DNA of 64,000 nucleotides from Sphyrna mokarran. Lineage: Eukaryota. Location of the stretch: positions 9,114,001-9,178,000 of the forward strand of contig JAGIQG010000040.1 of the NCBI GenBank assembly GCA_024679065.1, written 5' to 3'. Shown piece by piece: positions 12,545-24,769 of this stretch (its first letter is position 1; every line of letters begins with the position of its first letter). The position numbers were made by a program, and so were the translations under genes. Under the pieces are notes generated by a model, which made no database searches, was not told where the DNA came from, and was given only the letters and a program-made list of their open reading frames with translations.

Positions 12545-12686
12545 TGACTGAATCAACCACATCCCGCCCATGACTGGGGGAACATGCCTGTCTGGGAAAG
12601 GGGGAGAAAAACCTATAATATGGGAAATGGAGCAGATGTGATGGGTTTGAAGAACAAAATTAAGCCAAGCCAGAGATGGTTAAAGT

Positions 12687-12703
12687 TTTATTCAAAATTT
12701 ATT
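12687..12703 (-). terminator. Candidate poly(A) signals of membrane IgM mRNA
   Basis: Two AATAAA on the minus strand (12687-12692, 12698-12703), ~460 nt after the TM2 stop. Confidence 0.6.
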
Positions 12704-13153
12704 TTAAAAATTCAGAGAACATTTTACAGCAAAATTATTTTTAAAGTCACGAAAGTGAACGTAGCGACCGAGCTTCACGTTGAGAACAGAACACATGCAC
12801 AGGGAATTCGTCAATATTTATACATATGTTCCATACACTAGAAAGAGAAAACAGGACATTCATAGAATGAGGCATTAGAAAATATGAATAAGGAATTAGA
12901 ACAATTTCTTATTTAGACCTGAAATTTAAACTACGGGAAAACTATTAACATAATTATATTTATAATAATAATATCTCGCATATTTCACACGAAAAATTGA
13001 AATAAGGTCTATGATTGTTTTAGTTTCAGATTCAGAATAAAAAACTGTAAGAATTTTACTGATAGAGTCACCAAGAGGAGATATTGTACATGAATCACTG
13101 AGAGATCTTGCTAATCAGCTGACGGAAATCTGCAGCGTCCAAAATTTAACCCA

Positions 13154-13162
13154 TCATTTGAT
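13154..13162 (-). CDS. IGHM: IgM TM2 exon coding part (IK*)
   Basis: ttttacag|ATC AAA TGA; completes the cytoplasmic tail K-I-K. Confidence 0.85.
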   Translation of the reverse strand: MK

Positions 13163-13300
13163 CTGTAAAATAATAATACATAATGAAGCAGATGTTTGTG
13201 ATGCGGGACATTAATGTTACAGTTTTTAATCAGTGAAACATTGAGAGATTTTTAAATCCGTTCAGCCCGTTTCAAATGTGAACGAATTGAATAATCTCAC

Positions 13301-13428
13301 CTTCACCAGAGTGACGGCAGTGCTGTAGAAAATGCTCAGGAAGAACAGGACGATGAATGTGGAAGCGGTTGTCCAGATGTTGCTGTTATCACCCCCATTG
13401 TATTCAATCCAGATGCCGTCGGTGGGGT
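13301..13428 (-). CDS. IGHM: IgM TM1 exon
   Basis: cccctag acceptor and AAG|gtgaga donor; [43 protein letters not shown] with the conserved antigen-receptor TM (CART) motif. Not in the ORF track. Confidence 0.92.
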
Positions 13429-14049
13429 CTAGGGGGCGGAGACCAGAAATTGAAAATAGACTACTTTATTTATGCAGGGAATCTTATATTTTTTTTCTGT
13501 TCCTTCTTCATAAGCTGTTAATTTATTCTCTGTATACGTTTCAAGTTCTATCTACTGCTAAATTCAGGACACTCAAAAACCGATCTCTGTAACTATTTTC
13601 ACAGTTGATCTTTATGTACATTCCTTGGACAGTCCGTGTCAGGAAGCACTAAGATGTTTTCTTGCCTATCCGTTCATTTTTGATCAATTTAGCACGAACC
13701 CTTTTTGAAGAATGTTATGGCTGATATGGAGGAACATTCACTGATCAATGATTGTTTTCACAGATGGTTACTGATCTGTAAACTGTGAATGCTGTTGTTT
13801 AACAACTGGGATATAATTTCTTATCTTTTCTTATTTATGGTGGCAATAGTTAGTAGATCACTAGCTTAATTTAGTTTCTCAACTTGTTCTTGATGCAACG
13901 TACATTGGGCGAGTTGTCGGTAGACATGCCCTTTAAAATTCATGTTTAAATTTTACTTTATTTACCTACCATTTTTATTTAAGATTTTGTGCTTGAGCAT
14001 CTCGTGGTCTGCATTTATCTTTGGCTCTGAGTTAATATATGTACAAGAG

Positions 14050-14900
14050 CTTTAATGTACGCATTCATTTGTCAGTGTTTGTTGATTTGTACTGTTGTGT
14101 GTTTGCATCTCTGTGAAAATTTTTTTCTTCTGTCATTATGTATGTATGGCTATTACTGTGTTAATTTTATGTATATGTGTTAATATCACTCTTAATGGGC
14201 GCATATCTATTACGATGTTGCAATTTCTGTCATTCTATTACTGTTTGTTTCCCTTTCCGTCTGTGTCTGTTTTCCCATGAGTCTGTGTGTGTACCTGTTA
14301 ACATGTATGTATCTATGTACGTGTTGACAGTTCTTTATAACGATATCTTGACATATGTTTGTGTTTCGACATGTAATAATGTGCGCTACGGTGTTCTGTT
14401 CTGTATGAGCATGTTAATGTTTGTGTACAAATGTTTCGCTGTCAATTCATCTATGTGCAGTCTGCTTATTTGTTTATATGCATTTCCATATATGTCTGTT
14501 AATGTGTAGATCATTGTGTATCTCTATATCTATACTCCTGTCAGCGTGAATGTGTGCTACAAATAAATAAATATATATATTTGAGTAACTTATTTGATTT
14601 TTGTGAGTATGTGTGTGTTTGTGCATTTATGTGGGTTGCATGCATGTGTCTGTATTGTGTCTATGCATGTCTGTGTTTGTGTTTGGTCTGTGTACCGATT
14701 CACGTCAGAATATGAACTTGTGTGTTTTATGTGTATATGTGTGTGTGAGTTTTTGTATGTATTTGATTATGAACGTTTGTTTTTTTTTAGTGCCAGTTTG
14801 TGTAAGCACGAGCCGATAAATTCGTGTCTGTGTATACATACGCCTACACCTGTATTTCTAACTGTGACAGTTTTGTGTAGTATGGTCAGTGTGTTTATTT
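14050..14900. repeat. TG-rich low-complexity tract in the CH4-TM1 intron
   Basis: Degenerate (TG)n/(TGTA)n. Confidence 0.7.
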
Positions 14901-16088
14901 TTTAACTGTTGCTTCAAGTTTCACGGACAATCATTAATTCTGCGTGATCCAAGCAGTCCGAGTAATGGAGTATATTTTAGAGTTTTGCTGTTTAAATTTC
15001 TTTTATGTGTTGGACATAATGATATCAGTGTGTCTATATAATCGTTAACTGAACGTGATCCAAACAATCCGAGTAATGGAGCATATTTTCGGAGTTTGCT
15101 GTTTAAATGTGAAGGGCACGGTGATGTGAAGAGAACGAATGAAATAATTCATTGATGCATCTCAGAAACCTCAGTAACAGAACAGTGAAATCCGGGTAGG
15201 ATTCAATTATGTGTTTAAATTTGTATTATGGGAAATCGATGTCAGCACATGGCTAACAGGAACAAGAGTGTTGAAACATTTTTGAATTATGTTGCATATG
15301 TATTATATTTATGTGTGTGTGTGTGTGTGTGTTATACATACTTGAAGGATACATTGGTAATGAAAGTGATACTTCAAAATCTATAGCAAGTAAACCGGAA
15401 ACTAATTTGAACTGTTGGCAATTGGGTCCTTACAGTAAAGAGTCGTTCCCTTCCAAACACGCTACTTGGGGAGAGGAAGGAGAGCGAGCTCAGTGTTTAC
15501 CTGTGTCTATCCGGTAATGCAATGTCTCTGATGGTTCTAACCACCCAGGGGGTGAAGGTAGAGTGGATTAAATAATGACATTCTTCCTCGTTTCATTGAG
15601 GAAGTGGTGGGACATGGCTTAGCGATTGCCCCTCCCCTCTCTTTGTTGGGTGAGTAGGAATCCGGTATGTTAACAATTGCTCCTCCCTCTCTCTGATGGG
15701 GGGATAGTTGCTCCATGTTTCTGTGTGACACTCATTTCAGTGGGTGTGGTGCAGCAGCTGAAAGCTGTCATCAATGGATAAAGGAATGAACAATGAGAGA
15801 AACAGGAACACTGAAATCTAAATGTTATGTTTGTCAGAATTGTTGAAATTGTCATATCTCTCCTCAGTGGGAGGAAAGACTATGAAGATATTTTCCTGAA
15901 TCCTGTAATGATGTGTTTAATTTGTTTTGTATCTGTGTGTATCTAGGCAGAGCGCACAGGTTCAGCAAGATTTAGTCCCGAGACATGAAAAATATCTGAC
16001 TCAAACTAAAAATTTATAACGGAAGTAAAAATGAAAAGCAACCAATTAAATAATTGGGTATTTCATTTGTCATTAGAGGAAAAGATTT

Positions 16089-16106
16089 TTTATTGAAGTA
16101 TTTAAT
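16089..16106 (-). terminator. Candidate poly(A) signals of secretory IgM mRNA
   Basis: ATTAAA (16101-16106) and AATAAA (16089-16094) on the minus strand just after the tailpiece stop. Confidence 0.65.
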
Positions 16107-16121
16107 GTAAACGAGTGATTC

Positions 16122-16513
16122 TCATTGACAGGAATTAACAGTGTCCATCAGTGCAAGGGAAATGTTCACAAAACTGGGTTTACCGCTGGATTTGTCAACT
16201 GTTCTGTTGATGATCTTCAAGGGGATGGCTTCATGTCCCACCACGCAGGAGTAAGAAGCGCCGCTGGACCATTCCTCTGCTGCAATGGATAACAGGCTGT
16301 ACATGAAGAAGGAGTTATTGCCGTTCTCCGCCACCACCGCGGTGTTCCTGTCGTTCCTGGGATTCACCGGCTTGTCGTTGACGGTCCACTTGACGAAGAT
16401 CTCTCGGGGAGAGAAACCTCTCACTAAGCAGCTGAGGGAGACGAATCTCTGAGCGGAGATTTCTTCTGCGGAGGGCAGGAGGACAGAGACCAACGGTTCC
16501 CGTGGATTTGGAT
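16122..16513 (-). CDS. IGHM: IgM CH4 plus secretory tailpiece; internal donor at 16184|16183 for the membrane form
   Basis: C1-set Ig domain ([19 protein letters not shown]...YSCVVGHEA); tail [20 protein letters not shown] with NIS glycosylation site and penultimate Cys; AGCG|GTAAAC internal donor. Confidence 0.95.
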
Positions 16514-16609
16514 CTGCAGAAAATGTACAATAAATGCCAATAAACTGGAGAATTCTGGAGACAATGAAACCGCTAGTTAGATATCAGGAAAATATGCTGC
16601 AATTTCAAT

Positions 16610-18010
16610 TTTAGAACATAAGAAATAGGAGCAGGAGTAGGCCACCTAGACCCCCGAGCCTGCCCCGCCATTCAGTAAGATCATGGCTGATCTGAAGTGG
16701 TTCAGTTCCACTTACTCGCTTTCTCCCCTTAACTCTTACTTCCCCTGTATATCATAAACATATCTACCCGTGACTTAAATATAATTAGCAAGGAAACCTC
16801 CACCATTTTAACAGGCAGAAAATTTCGGGGACTCACCAGCCTTTGAGTGAAGAAGTTCCTCCTCAACTCCGATCTAACCCCCCTTATTTTGAGGCTGTGC
16901 CCTCTAATTCTGCCATCCTCTGTACCTCTCTCCCATCCATCCCCTTCATTATCTTATATGTCTCTATAAGATCCCCCTCCGCGTAACCTTCTAAACTCCA
17001 ACCAGTACAAACCTAGCCTGCTCAATCTCTCCTCACAGGCTAACCCCCTCATCTCCGGTATCAGCCCAGTGAACCTTCTCTTCATTTCCTCCAAGGCCAA
17101 TATATCCTTCCACAAATGCGGCCACCAAAACTGCAAACAGTACTCCAGCTGCGGCCTCAACAGCACCAGCTACAATTGCGATAAGACGTCCCTACTTTTA
17201 TATTCTATCCCCCTCGCTATAAAGGCCAACATCCCATTCGCCTTTTTGATAACCTGCTGCACCTGCAGACTGGGATTTTGCGATTCGTGCACAAAGAGCC
17301 CCGGGGTCCCTCTGCACCGTAGCATTCTGCAGCTTTTCGCCTTTTAAATAATAATCCCTCCTACTATTATTTCTATCAAAGTGGATGACTTCACACTTTC
17401 TAACATTATACTCTATCTGCCAGGTCCTCGCCCACTCACTCAAACTATCCAGATCCCTCCGCAGACTTTCCACAACTTCCACGCAATTTGCTTTCCCACT
17501 CATCTTCGTGTCATCAGCAAATTTCGTTACCCTACACTCAGTCCCTTCCTCCAGATCATCTATGTATGTGGCAAACAGTTGAGACTCCAGCACAGATCCC
17601 TGGGACACTCCACTAGTCACTAACTGCCAACCAGAATAGTGCTCATTGAGTCCTAATCTCTGCTTCCTATTAGACAAACACCAATCCACTATTCACGCTA
17701 ATACCATACTCCCAACTCCTTGCACCCTAACCTTATGCATGTTATCAAACGGCTTCTGGAAATCTAAAAACACCACATCCACCGGTTCGCCTCTATCGAC
17801 CGTACAAGTCACATCCTCATAGAAATCCAATAAATTCGTCAAAGACGACTTCCCCTTAATGAATCCATGCTGTGTCCGCTTGATCAAACCATTCTTTTCT
17901 ACGTGTCTCGCTATTTCTTCTTTAATGACGGATTCGAGCATTTTTCTGACTACAAAACGTTAAACTAACGGGACTATATTTCCCTGCCTTTTTGACTGCT
18001 ACCTTTTTTA
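16610..18010 (-). mobile_element. CR1 LINE fragment in the CH3-CH4 intron
   Basis: QHGFIKGKSSLTNLLDFYEDV, FLDFQKPFD, TKFADDTK, RPQLEYCLQFW. Confidence 0.9.
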
Positions 18011-18396
18011 AAACAGCGTTTACATTGTAAACTTTTCTATTTTTGACTTCCAGCTTGGAGGACAGGTGGATACAATTATTTTCTCAAATAACTCGGGGGG
18101 CGGACTGGAAAGTTTCAGAAAGTTTACAGCACAGAATCAGGCCATTCGGGCCAACTGATCTACTCTTCTTTTTGGTTTTCTGGTTTTTATGCTCGACATC
18201 AGGTTCCTCGCTTCTTCTTTGATCTATACTCAATAATATCGCCTTCAGTTCACATTTCATTCGTCAACACGTCAAACTTCCCCGTAAAAATATCGATTGG
18301 CCCAGAAACGTTTAGTTCAGGGGAGACCATTAATGCACTGAATACTAAACATTGACCAGTACATTTCCACTGGGGATAGACACAGTGATGCAATTA

Positions 18397-19110
18397 CATA
18401 GAAACATAGAACAATACAGCACAGTACAGGCCCTTCGGCCCTCAGTGTTGTACCAAGCTATGCTCAATCCCAAGATCAAGCTATCCCACTCCCTATCATC
18501 CTGGAGTGCTTAATGTGCCTATCCAATAACCGCTTGAAAGTTCCTAAAGTGTCCGACTCTATTATCACAGCAAGCAGTGCATTCCACATCCCAACCACTC
18601 TCTGAGTGAAGAATCTACCTCGGACATCCCTCCTACATCTTTCACCATGAACCTTACAGTTGTGCCCCCTAATAACAGTTACATCCACCCGAGAAAATAG
18701 TCTCTGCACGTCCCCATCACTCTCATCATCTTATAAACCTCTATTAAATTCGGCTCTCATCTTCCTCCACTCTAAAGAGAAAAGCCGCAGCTCCCTCAAT
18801 CTTTCCTCATAAGACCTACCCTCCAAACCAGGCAGCCTCCTGGGAAATCTCCTCTGCACTCTCTCGAATCCTTCCACATCCTTCTTATAGTTCCCAGAAG
18901 TGAACACAATATTCGAAATGTGGTCTCACCAAGTTCCGATATAGTTGCAGCATAACCCCACAGCTGTCAAACTCAAACTCCCTGTTCATAAATGCTAACA
19001 CACTATAAGCCTTCTTCACGGCTCTATTCACTTGAGTGGCAATCTTCAGAATCTGGGGATATGAACTCCAAGTTCTCTCTGTTTCTCAGAACGCTGCCGT
19101 CGACCCTACA
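18397..19110 (-). mobile_element. CR1 3' fragment starting ~25 nt after the CH3 donor
   Basis: RGRFFTQRVVGMWNALL motif; catagaaacatagaac tail. Confidence 0.85.
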
Positions 19111-19136
19111 TTTATTGTCTGAATCTCTCAGCTCAC

Positions 19137-19445
19137 CTGTTTCCTTGTGGATAGATGTTCTTAAAGGAGTCGGCAGATCCTGATGGCTCACCACGCACTC
19201 AAACACAACCGCGCTCAGCCAGGCTTGTGTCGAGGTGTTTAATTTGCTCATCACGCTGTCAGGATCCGCTCCTGGAATTTCGGCAATCTCTGATTTCACA
19301 TACTTCTTGTCTTGGATCCAGGACACGTTAACTCCATAAGGAGCATTAGAAATGATGCAGGTTAAAGTCACGGTCGCCTCCAGTAAGACCTGCTCTATTG
19401 GTGGCGGCTGTATCGTCACTGCGGCATCATGGCACTGGGAAGGAT
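19137..19445 (-). CDS. IGHM: IgM CH3 exon (309 nt)
   Basis: cacag acceptor and G|gtgagc donor; [29 protein letters not shown]...VSW...[22 protein letters not shown]. Confidence 0.95.
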
Positions 19446-19879
19446 CTGTGAATGAAGAATGAAAATGAACTCGAGTTCCCTTTCAGCAGGACAACAGTCT
19501 TCAGCCTGAAGAAGACGAAGTCGCCTTCAATATATCAGTCTCTAACTATCGCTTTTCAACTTCCATGGCGAATAGAAAACCAACTTGCTCTTGAATTATT
19601 CCCTGTATTAAATAGTGTAGCAGAGGTACCATTTCCATGAATCAGCATTGCTGAATTCCCAAATAAACACACAATCTTGAACTCAGGGAGAAAGTACTGA
19701 CCATTGGCTTATAAATAGGGTGGATGCACTTTCCAATATTTTCTCCTATGCTGTGACCTATGAAACAGTCCGATACCGACTGTCTCTCCAAATCTTACCA
19801 GCTGTCTATGGAAAAAGCTGACATCAAGGCCACCTCGCTGACTATATTACTTCAAACTGGAAGGGAGCTTTCTTTCAAG

Positions 19880-20180
19880 GGGAGACAGCGGCATATGGTG
19901 TTGGTCAATGAACTTGTAACCTACAGCAAAACTTTGGGGGCACAGATTCGAATCTCATCATTGCAAATATGAAATCTCAATTCTATAAACATCTATAATT
20001 AAAAGTTCAAATGATTATCATGAAGCCATTGCTGTAAAATCTCTCCAAGTTCACAAATCCTCTTCAGCAAAGTAAATCTGCTGCCTTTATCTGGCCTGGC
20101 ATGCATGTGACTCCATATTCACAACAACGTGGTTGACACTTAAGTGCCCTCAGGTTTGGCAAATAAATGCACATTTCATG
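19880..20180 (+). mobile_element. Deu-domain SINE (SacSINE1-like), decayed; similar copies near 36735-37030 and 60480-60790
   Basis: aaatctgctgcctttatctggcctggcatgcatgtgactcc...tggttgacacttaagtgccctc resembles the Deu core as I recall it. Confidence 0.55.
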
Positions 20181-20254
20181 AAAGAATAACGAACAATTGC
20201 TTTTCTGGTGAAATGCTGAACGAGGGATTGTCCTAATGCAGCAAACTACACAGA

Positions 20255-21402
20255 ACGTAGAACATAGAACATTACAGCACAGAACAGGCCCTTCGGCCTT
20301 CGATGTTGCGCCGACCAATATAAAAAGCAATGCCCCTCCAAACTAAACCATTCCCTTCTCTTCCATATACTTATCAACTAACCTCTTAAACGCCACCAAA
20401 CTTGGCGCATCTACAACTGCTGCAGGCAGGGCATTCCACTCCCGAACCACCCTTTGGGTAAAGAACCTACCTCTGATATCCGTCCTATAACTATCACCCC
20501 TTAATTTAAAGCTGTGTCCCCTCGTGCGAGCTTTTTCCATCCTAGGAAAAAGGCTATCACTGTCCACCCTATCTAAACCTCTAATCATCTTATATGTTTC
20601 GATTAGGTCCCCTCTTAGCCGCCTCCTTTCTAACGAAAACAACCTCAAATCCCTCAGCCTCTCTTCATAAGACCTGCCCTCCATACCAGGCAACATCCTG
20701 GTAAACCTCCTCTGTACCCTCTCCAATGCCTCCACATCTTTCTTATAATGCGGGGACCAGAACTGCACACAATACTCCAAGTGCGGCCGCACTAGAGTTT
20801 TGTACAGTTGCAACATGACGTTGCGGCTCCGAAATTCAATCCCTCTACCAATAAAAGCCAAGACTCCATATGCCTTCCTAACAACCTTCTCGACCTGACT
20901 GCCTACTTTCAGGGATCTATGCACATACACACCAAGATCCCTCTGTTCATCTAGACTACTAAGAATCCTACCATTTGCCCTATACTCTACACATTTATTA
21001 TTTCTGCCATAGTGCATTACCTCACACTTTTCCACATTAAACTCCATTTGCCACCTCTCGGCCCAGCTCTGCAACTTGTCCAAGTCCCTCTGCAAACTAT
21101 AACACCCCTCTTCACTATCTACCACTCCACCGACTTTAGTGTCATCTGCAAATTTACTAATCCATCCTTCAATACCCTCATCCAGATCATTTATAAAAAT
21201 TACAAACAGCAGGGGCCCCAAAACAGAACCCTGAGGTACACCACTTGTCACCGAACTCCACGATGAATATCTCCCATCAACCACCACCCTCTGTCTTCTA
21301 TCTGCTAGCCAATTCCTAATCCAATTAGCTAAATCACCCTCTATCCCATACATCTGCATTTTCTACAGAAGTCTTCCATGGGCTACCTTATCAAACGCCT
21401 TA
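20255..21402 (-). mobile_element. Young 5'-truncated CR1 with an uninterrupted 338-aa RT C-terminal ORF, in the CH2-CH3 intron
   Basis: [39 protein letters not shown] with no stops; (CATAGAA)n-type tail. Confidence 0.95.
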
Positions 21403-21490
21403 GTTGTTCTATGGTTTGTACCACTTTAATAGATCCCTAATTCCGATTAACATGGAATGATATATTTTGTCCTCTGTTTGAGTCTCTTAC

Positions 21491-21796
21491 CCACAGACCC
21501 ACTGATGTTCTGACTCTGGGTGATTCCTTGATGAGTGACCTGGCAGGTATAGACCGCATTCCTGAACCATTCCCGAGCGGAGACTGTCAGCCGACTGCTG
21601 GCCGAGAAGTTCCCATTCACTCGACAGGCGGGAGATGTGACAATTCCTGAATCCACGGGTTGTCCATTCTTCAGCCACTTCACCTTCATTGACGCTGGCT
21701 GGAAATCAATGATTGAACAGATGATGGTTGCAAATTTCCTGCTTGTGATTTCTTCACTGGAACTCACGGTGAGGATAACGGTTGGAGAGATGTCAC
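21491..21796 (-). CDS. IGHM: IgM CH2 exon (306 nt)
   Basis: gaag acceptor and G|gtaaga donor; (C)DISPTVILT...[23 protein letters not shown]...YTCQVTHQG. Confidence 0.93.
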
Positions 21797-21929
21797 CTTC
21801 AACAAACACATGTTTAGATGTTACTTGAAGATTTAATTAACAACAATTCAAATTAGTTATTCTATTTCAGTACAAAAACTGCCGATTTGGGAATTATATC
21901 CATTGTTTTGTTGAACTGGCGGGGACGTG

Positions 21930-22600
21930 GTGAATGGAATTAAACTGTCAAATGTGTCACACGATGCATTTGCGGCGGGTAAACAAAGCAAGGAAATATT
22001 CAATAAAACAGAACGTTGAGACAGATTTTAGAAATGCAAGACCTTGTAGCGCATGTCCACAGTTGCTTGTAGATGATAGGGCAACTGGACAAGATGATTA
22101 AGAAAGCCTTTCGGATTAATTCCGCCAATGTGTGAGGTACTGCACACAAAATCAGTGATGCAATGGTGGAGCTGTATAGAACACTAGTTAAGCCACGTTT
22201 GGTGTTTGCTGCACAATTCTGGCCACCAAGTTGCAGAAATGACGTAATGACTCTGGAGAGAGATGAGGTTTACAAAAATGTTGCTAGTGCCTGAAAATTG
22301 CAGCTATGAGGCAAGACTGGATAGGCAGGGGTTGTTCTTATTAGAAAAAGAGGAGCTGAGGTGTGACGTAATTGTGGTTCACAAAATTATAAGGGACGTA
22401 GGTAGAAATGATTCATTCCCCAAGTGCAGGGTTCAATCACTGGGGAGCATGCTCATTTCAAAGTTATCTGGATCTGCATCTCAAGTGTACCTGCAAGGCT
22501 ACGAAGCAAGGGCTAGAAAGAGGCCTTAAAATGCATGGCTAATTTATTTGTTCTCCCTTCTGGCCAGCACAGATATAATGGGTTAAATGTTTTTTTTCTA
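21930..22600 (+). mobile_element. Old CR1 fragment in the CH1-CH2 intron
   Basis: Degenerate LYRTLVKPRL..QFWPP and RFTKML motifs. Confidence 0.7.
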
Positions 22601-22762
22601 CGCTGCAACATTTCAATAGTTGAGCAAGTTTTCAGTCATAGACATTTACTTGGATTTTGCACAATTTATTTTCTTTTCAGAGTGCTACAAATCAGTTATA
22701 GCTAAGATATTATACAGTCCATCCACAGCGCCCCTCTCTTACCAAGGTCTCACAACACTTAC

Positions 22763-23062
22763 ATGGCATTTCAACGCTCTTGACTGTGTCACGGTGTCGA
22801 ACTTCACAGTCAATTTTGGGGCATTCTCCCTCTGAGTCGCTGATGGTTAACTGGCTGCTCAGGGTGTAGGTTCCCTTCGTGTTTCTCACTGATGGATAAG
22901 TCTTAAACCCAGAGTTGACCTGCTGCCCATTTTTCTTCCACGTTAGTTTGGAGACATCTGGAGAGTAATCCATCGCCAAACATCCGTAGGTGATGGAGCC
23001 GTCAGAATTTTGTTGCTGACAGGAGGAGACCAGGCTGTAGAGAGTGGGCGGAGATGGTGTCA
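22763..23062 (-). CDS. IGHM: IgM CH1 exon (300 nt)
   Basis: ttttccag acceptor and T|gtaagt donor; [17 protein letters not shown]...[15 protein letters not shown]...YTLSSQLTI...CEVRH. All four C exons are phase 1 and splice in frame (435-aa secreted C region). Confidence 0.95.
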
Positions 23063-23595
23063 CTGGAAAAGAATAGCCAATTGAATAAGTTAGACTCTTA
23101 TTTGTGTTTATTTAGTCAACAAACATGTTGTAACAAATAGGTTTATATATTCGACATAGTTGTTGGTGTTAAAGGGATGAAGGGGTATGGGTAGTCGATA
23201 TGGTCAGAATATTGATGAGCTCTGACCAAATTGAATGGCAGAGTAGGCTCAAAAAGCCGAATGGCCTACTCCAGCTTCTTTTTTCTATGCTTCTATTTCG
23301 AACATCGATTAGAATTATGAACTTTTCCTAACATTTCCCGATTAAATCTTTCATCCACCTTTGAGATTACGTTACTTCTATCATTTGGGAATTATCATCT
23401 CTGTAGAAACTCACATCCCTGTCTCCACCTCTATCAAATTAGGAACAAAAAAAGACATTCTGATAGTCTCAAAATGACGTATCATTCATTGGATTACCAG
23501 ACCAAAACAAACATTTTCTCCATTATTGCAGCAGCTATTTATTTCTCAAACAACAGCACTTTGTGATGAAGAAGTTGTCTCTTCATTCATATCAT

Positions 23596-23710
23596 CCACT
23601 CACCCGATGGAGCTCCAAAACCTTGCGATTCCAATTAAACCTGTTGACTTTAACCTGATGTTGTGAGACTCCTTACAGTGTCCATACCAACCTAACGCCG
23701 GCATTTCCAC
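23596..23710 (+). mobile_element. Penelope-like pseudo-LTR remnant in the J-C intron
   Basis: Matches 32450-32575 (taaacctgttg..actttaacctg.tgttgtga). Confidence 0.6.
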
Positions 23711-24019
23711 TAGTTTTAGAAATCGCCTGTGTTCAAACTGATTGATGCCCCTCCCACTCTCCAACTCACTGCCTCTCACTCCATAAAACGAAGATTACTG
23801 ACTTTGTTTCAAAAATACCTTCAGAATGAATACTTACTGAATGATCAGGAAATTCTAATTGCGATTACAAATTCAAGTAAACACTACACTGACTAATTGA
23901 AGGATCACACATTAACAACAAGAATTGGCCATTCGGGTCCTGAAGTCTCCTCCATCATTCACTGAGATTACAGATGACCTGATTGTTGTGCTATCTCTAT
24001 TTTGAACCACCTCACTCCA

Positions 24020-24690
24020 CCCAACCATCACTCGCTCTGCCCATTTTGCCCAACTCTTTGCCCTATCCATTGGCTCCTTGCCTTTCACGATGGCTCTTTT
24101 TCTCTTTCATTTAGCTCTCTATATTTCCACCTGGCTCTCTACACCTCCCTCCTGTTTTATGCCCTCTCCCCCGACTCTCTGCCATTTCCCTCAGTCCCCT
24201 ACGCTTTTCCTCAGCTCTGCCCTCTGCCCTGCTATCTACCTCTTTCTCCTTTCCCCCAGCTCTCTGACATTTCCCTCTGACTCTCCTCCCCTTTCCCTTG
24301 GGCTCTCTGCCCTTTCCCTCGGCTCTCTGGCCTTTCACCTACCTCTCTGCCCCTTTTCGTGTCTCCTCCCCCTTTCTCCTGGTTTTCCCTCCTGTCCCTT
24401 GTCTCTGTCATTTCCCCAATCACTTTGCCTTTTCTCTCGGCTCTTTCCCCTTTCACTAGTCTCTCTGCCCTTTCCTCTTACTCCCTGCCCTTTCTCCTTT
24501 CTCTCTACTCTTTTCCACGCTGTGTGCTCTTTTCCCCTCGTTTCTGCTGTTTCCTCTGGCTCTCTGCCCTTCTCCCACCCCTCCTTCCCACTGGTTTCTG
24601 CCCTTTCCCACGCCTCCTGTTCTCCCCTGACTCTTTGCCATTTTTCTGACCCCGAGTCGCCAGCGATTCCCTCCAGCTCTCTGCACTCCC
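24020..24690. repeat. Polypyrimidine (+) / polypurine (IgM sense) degenerate repeat in the J-C intron
   Basis: Recurring CTCTCTGCCCTTTCCC-like units. Confidence 0.85.
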
Positions 24691-24769
24691 GGGGCAGCTC
24701 CCACATTTAAGCACCAAAATGCCGCTTGAAACCTTCCTTTTCTTTCGTTGCAGACCTCCCCACACAGAT

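Noticed and set aside
21842-21880. RSS nonamer-like ACAAAAACT in the CH1-CH2 intron, and scattered CACAGTG heptamers elsewhere
   Set aside because: No heptamer-nonamer pair at 12 or 22/23 spacing in the cases I checked.
16122-23062. IgW or IgNAR assignment
   Set aside because: Four C domains, a CH1 with the light-chain Cys, and the tailpiece and TM sequences fit shark IgM.
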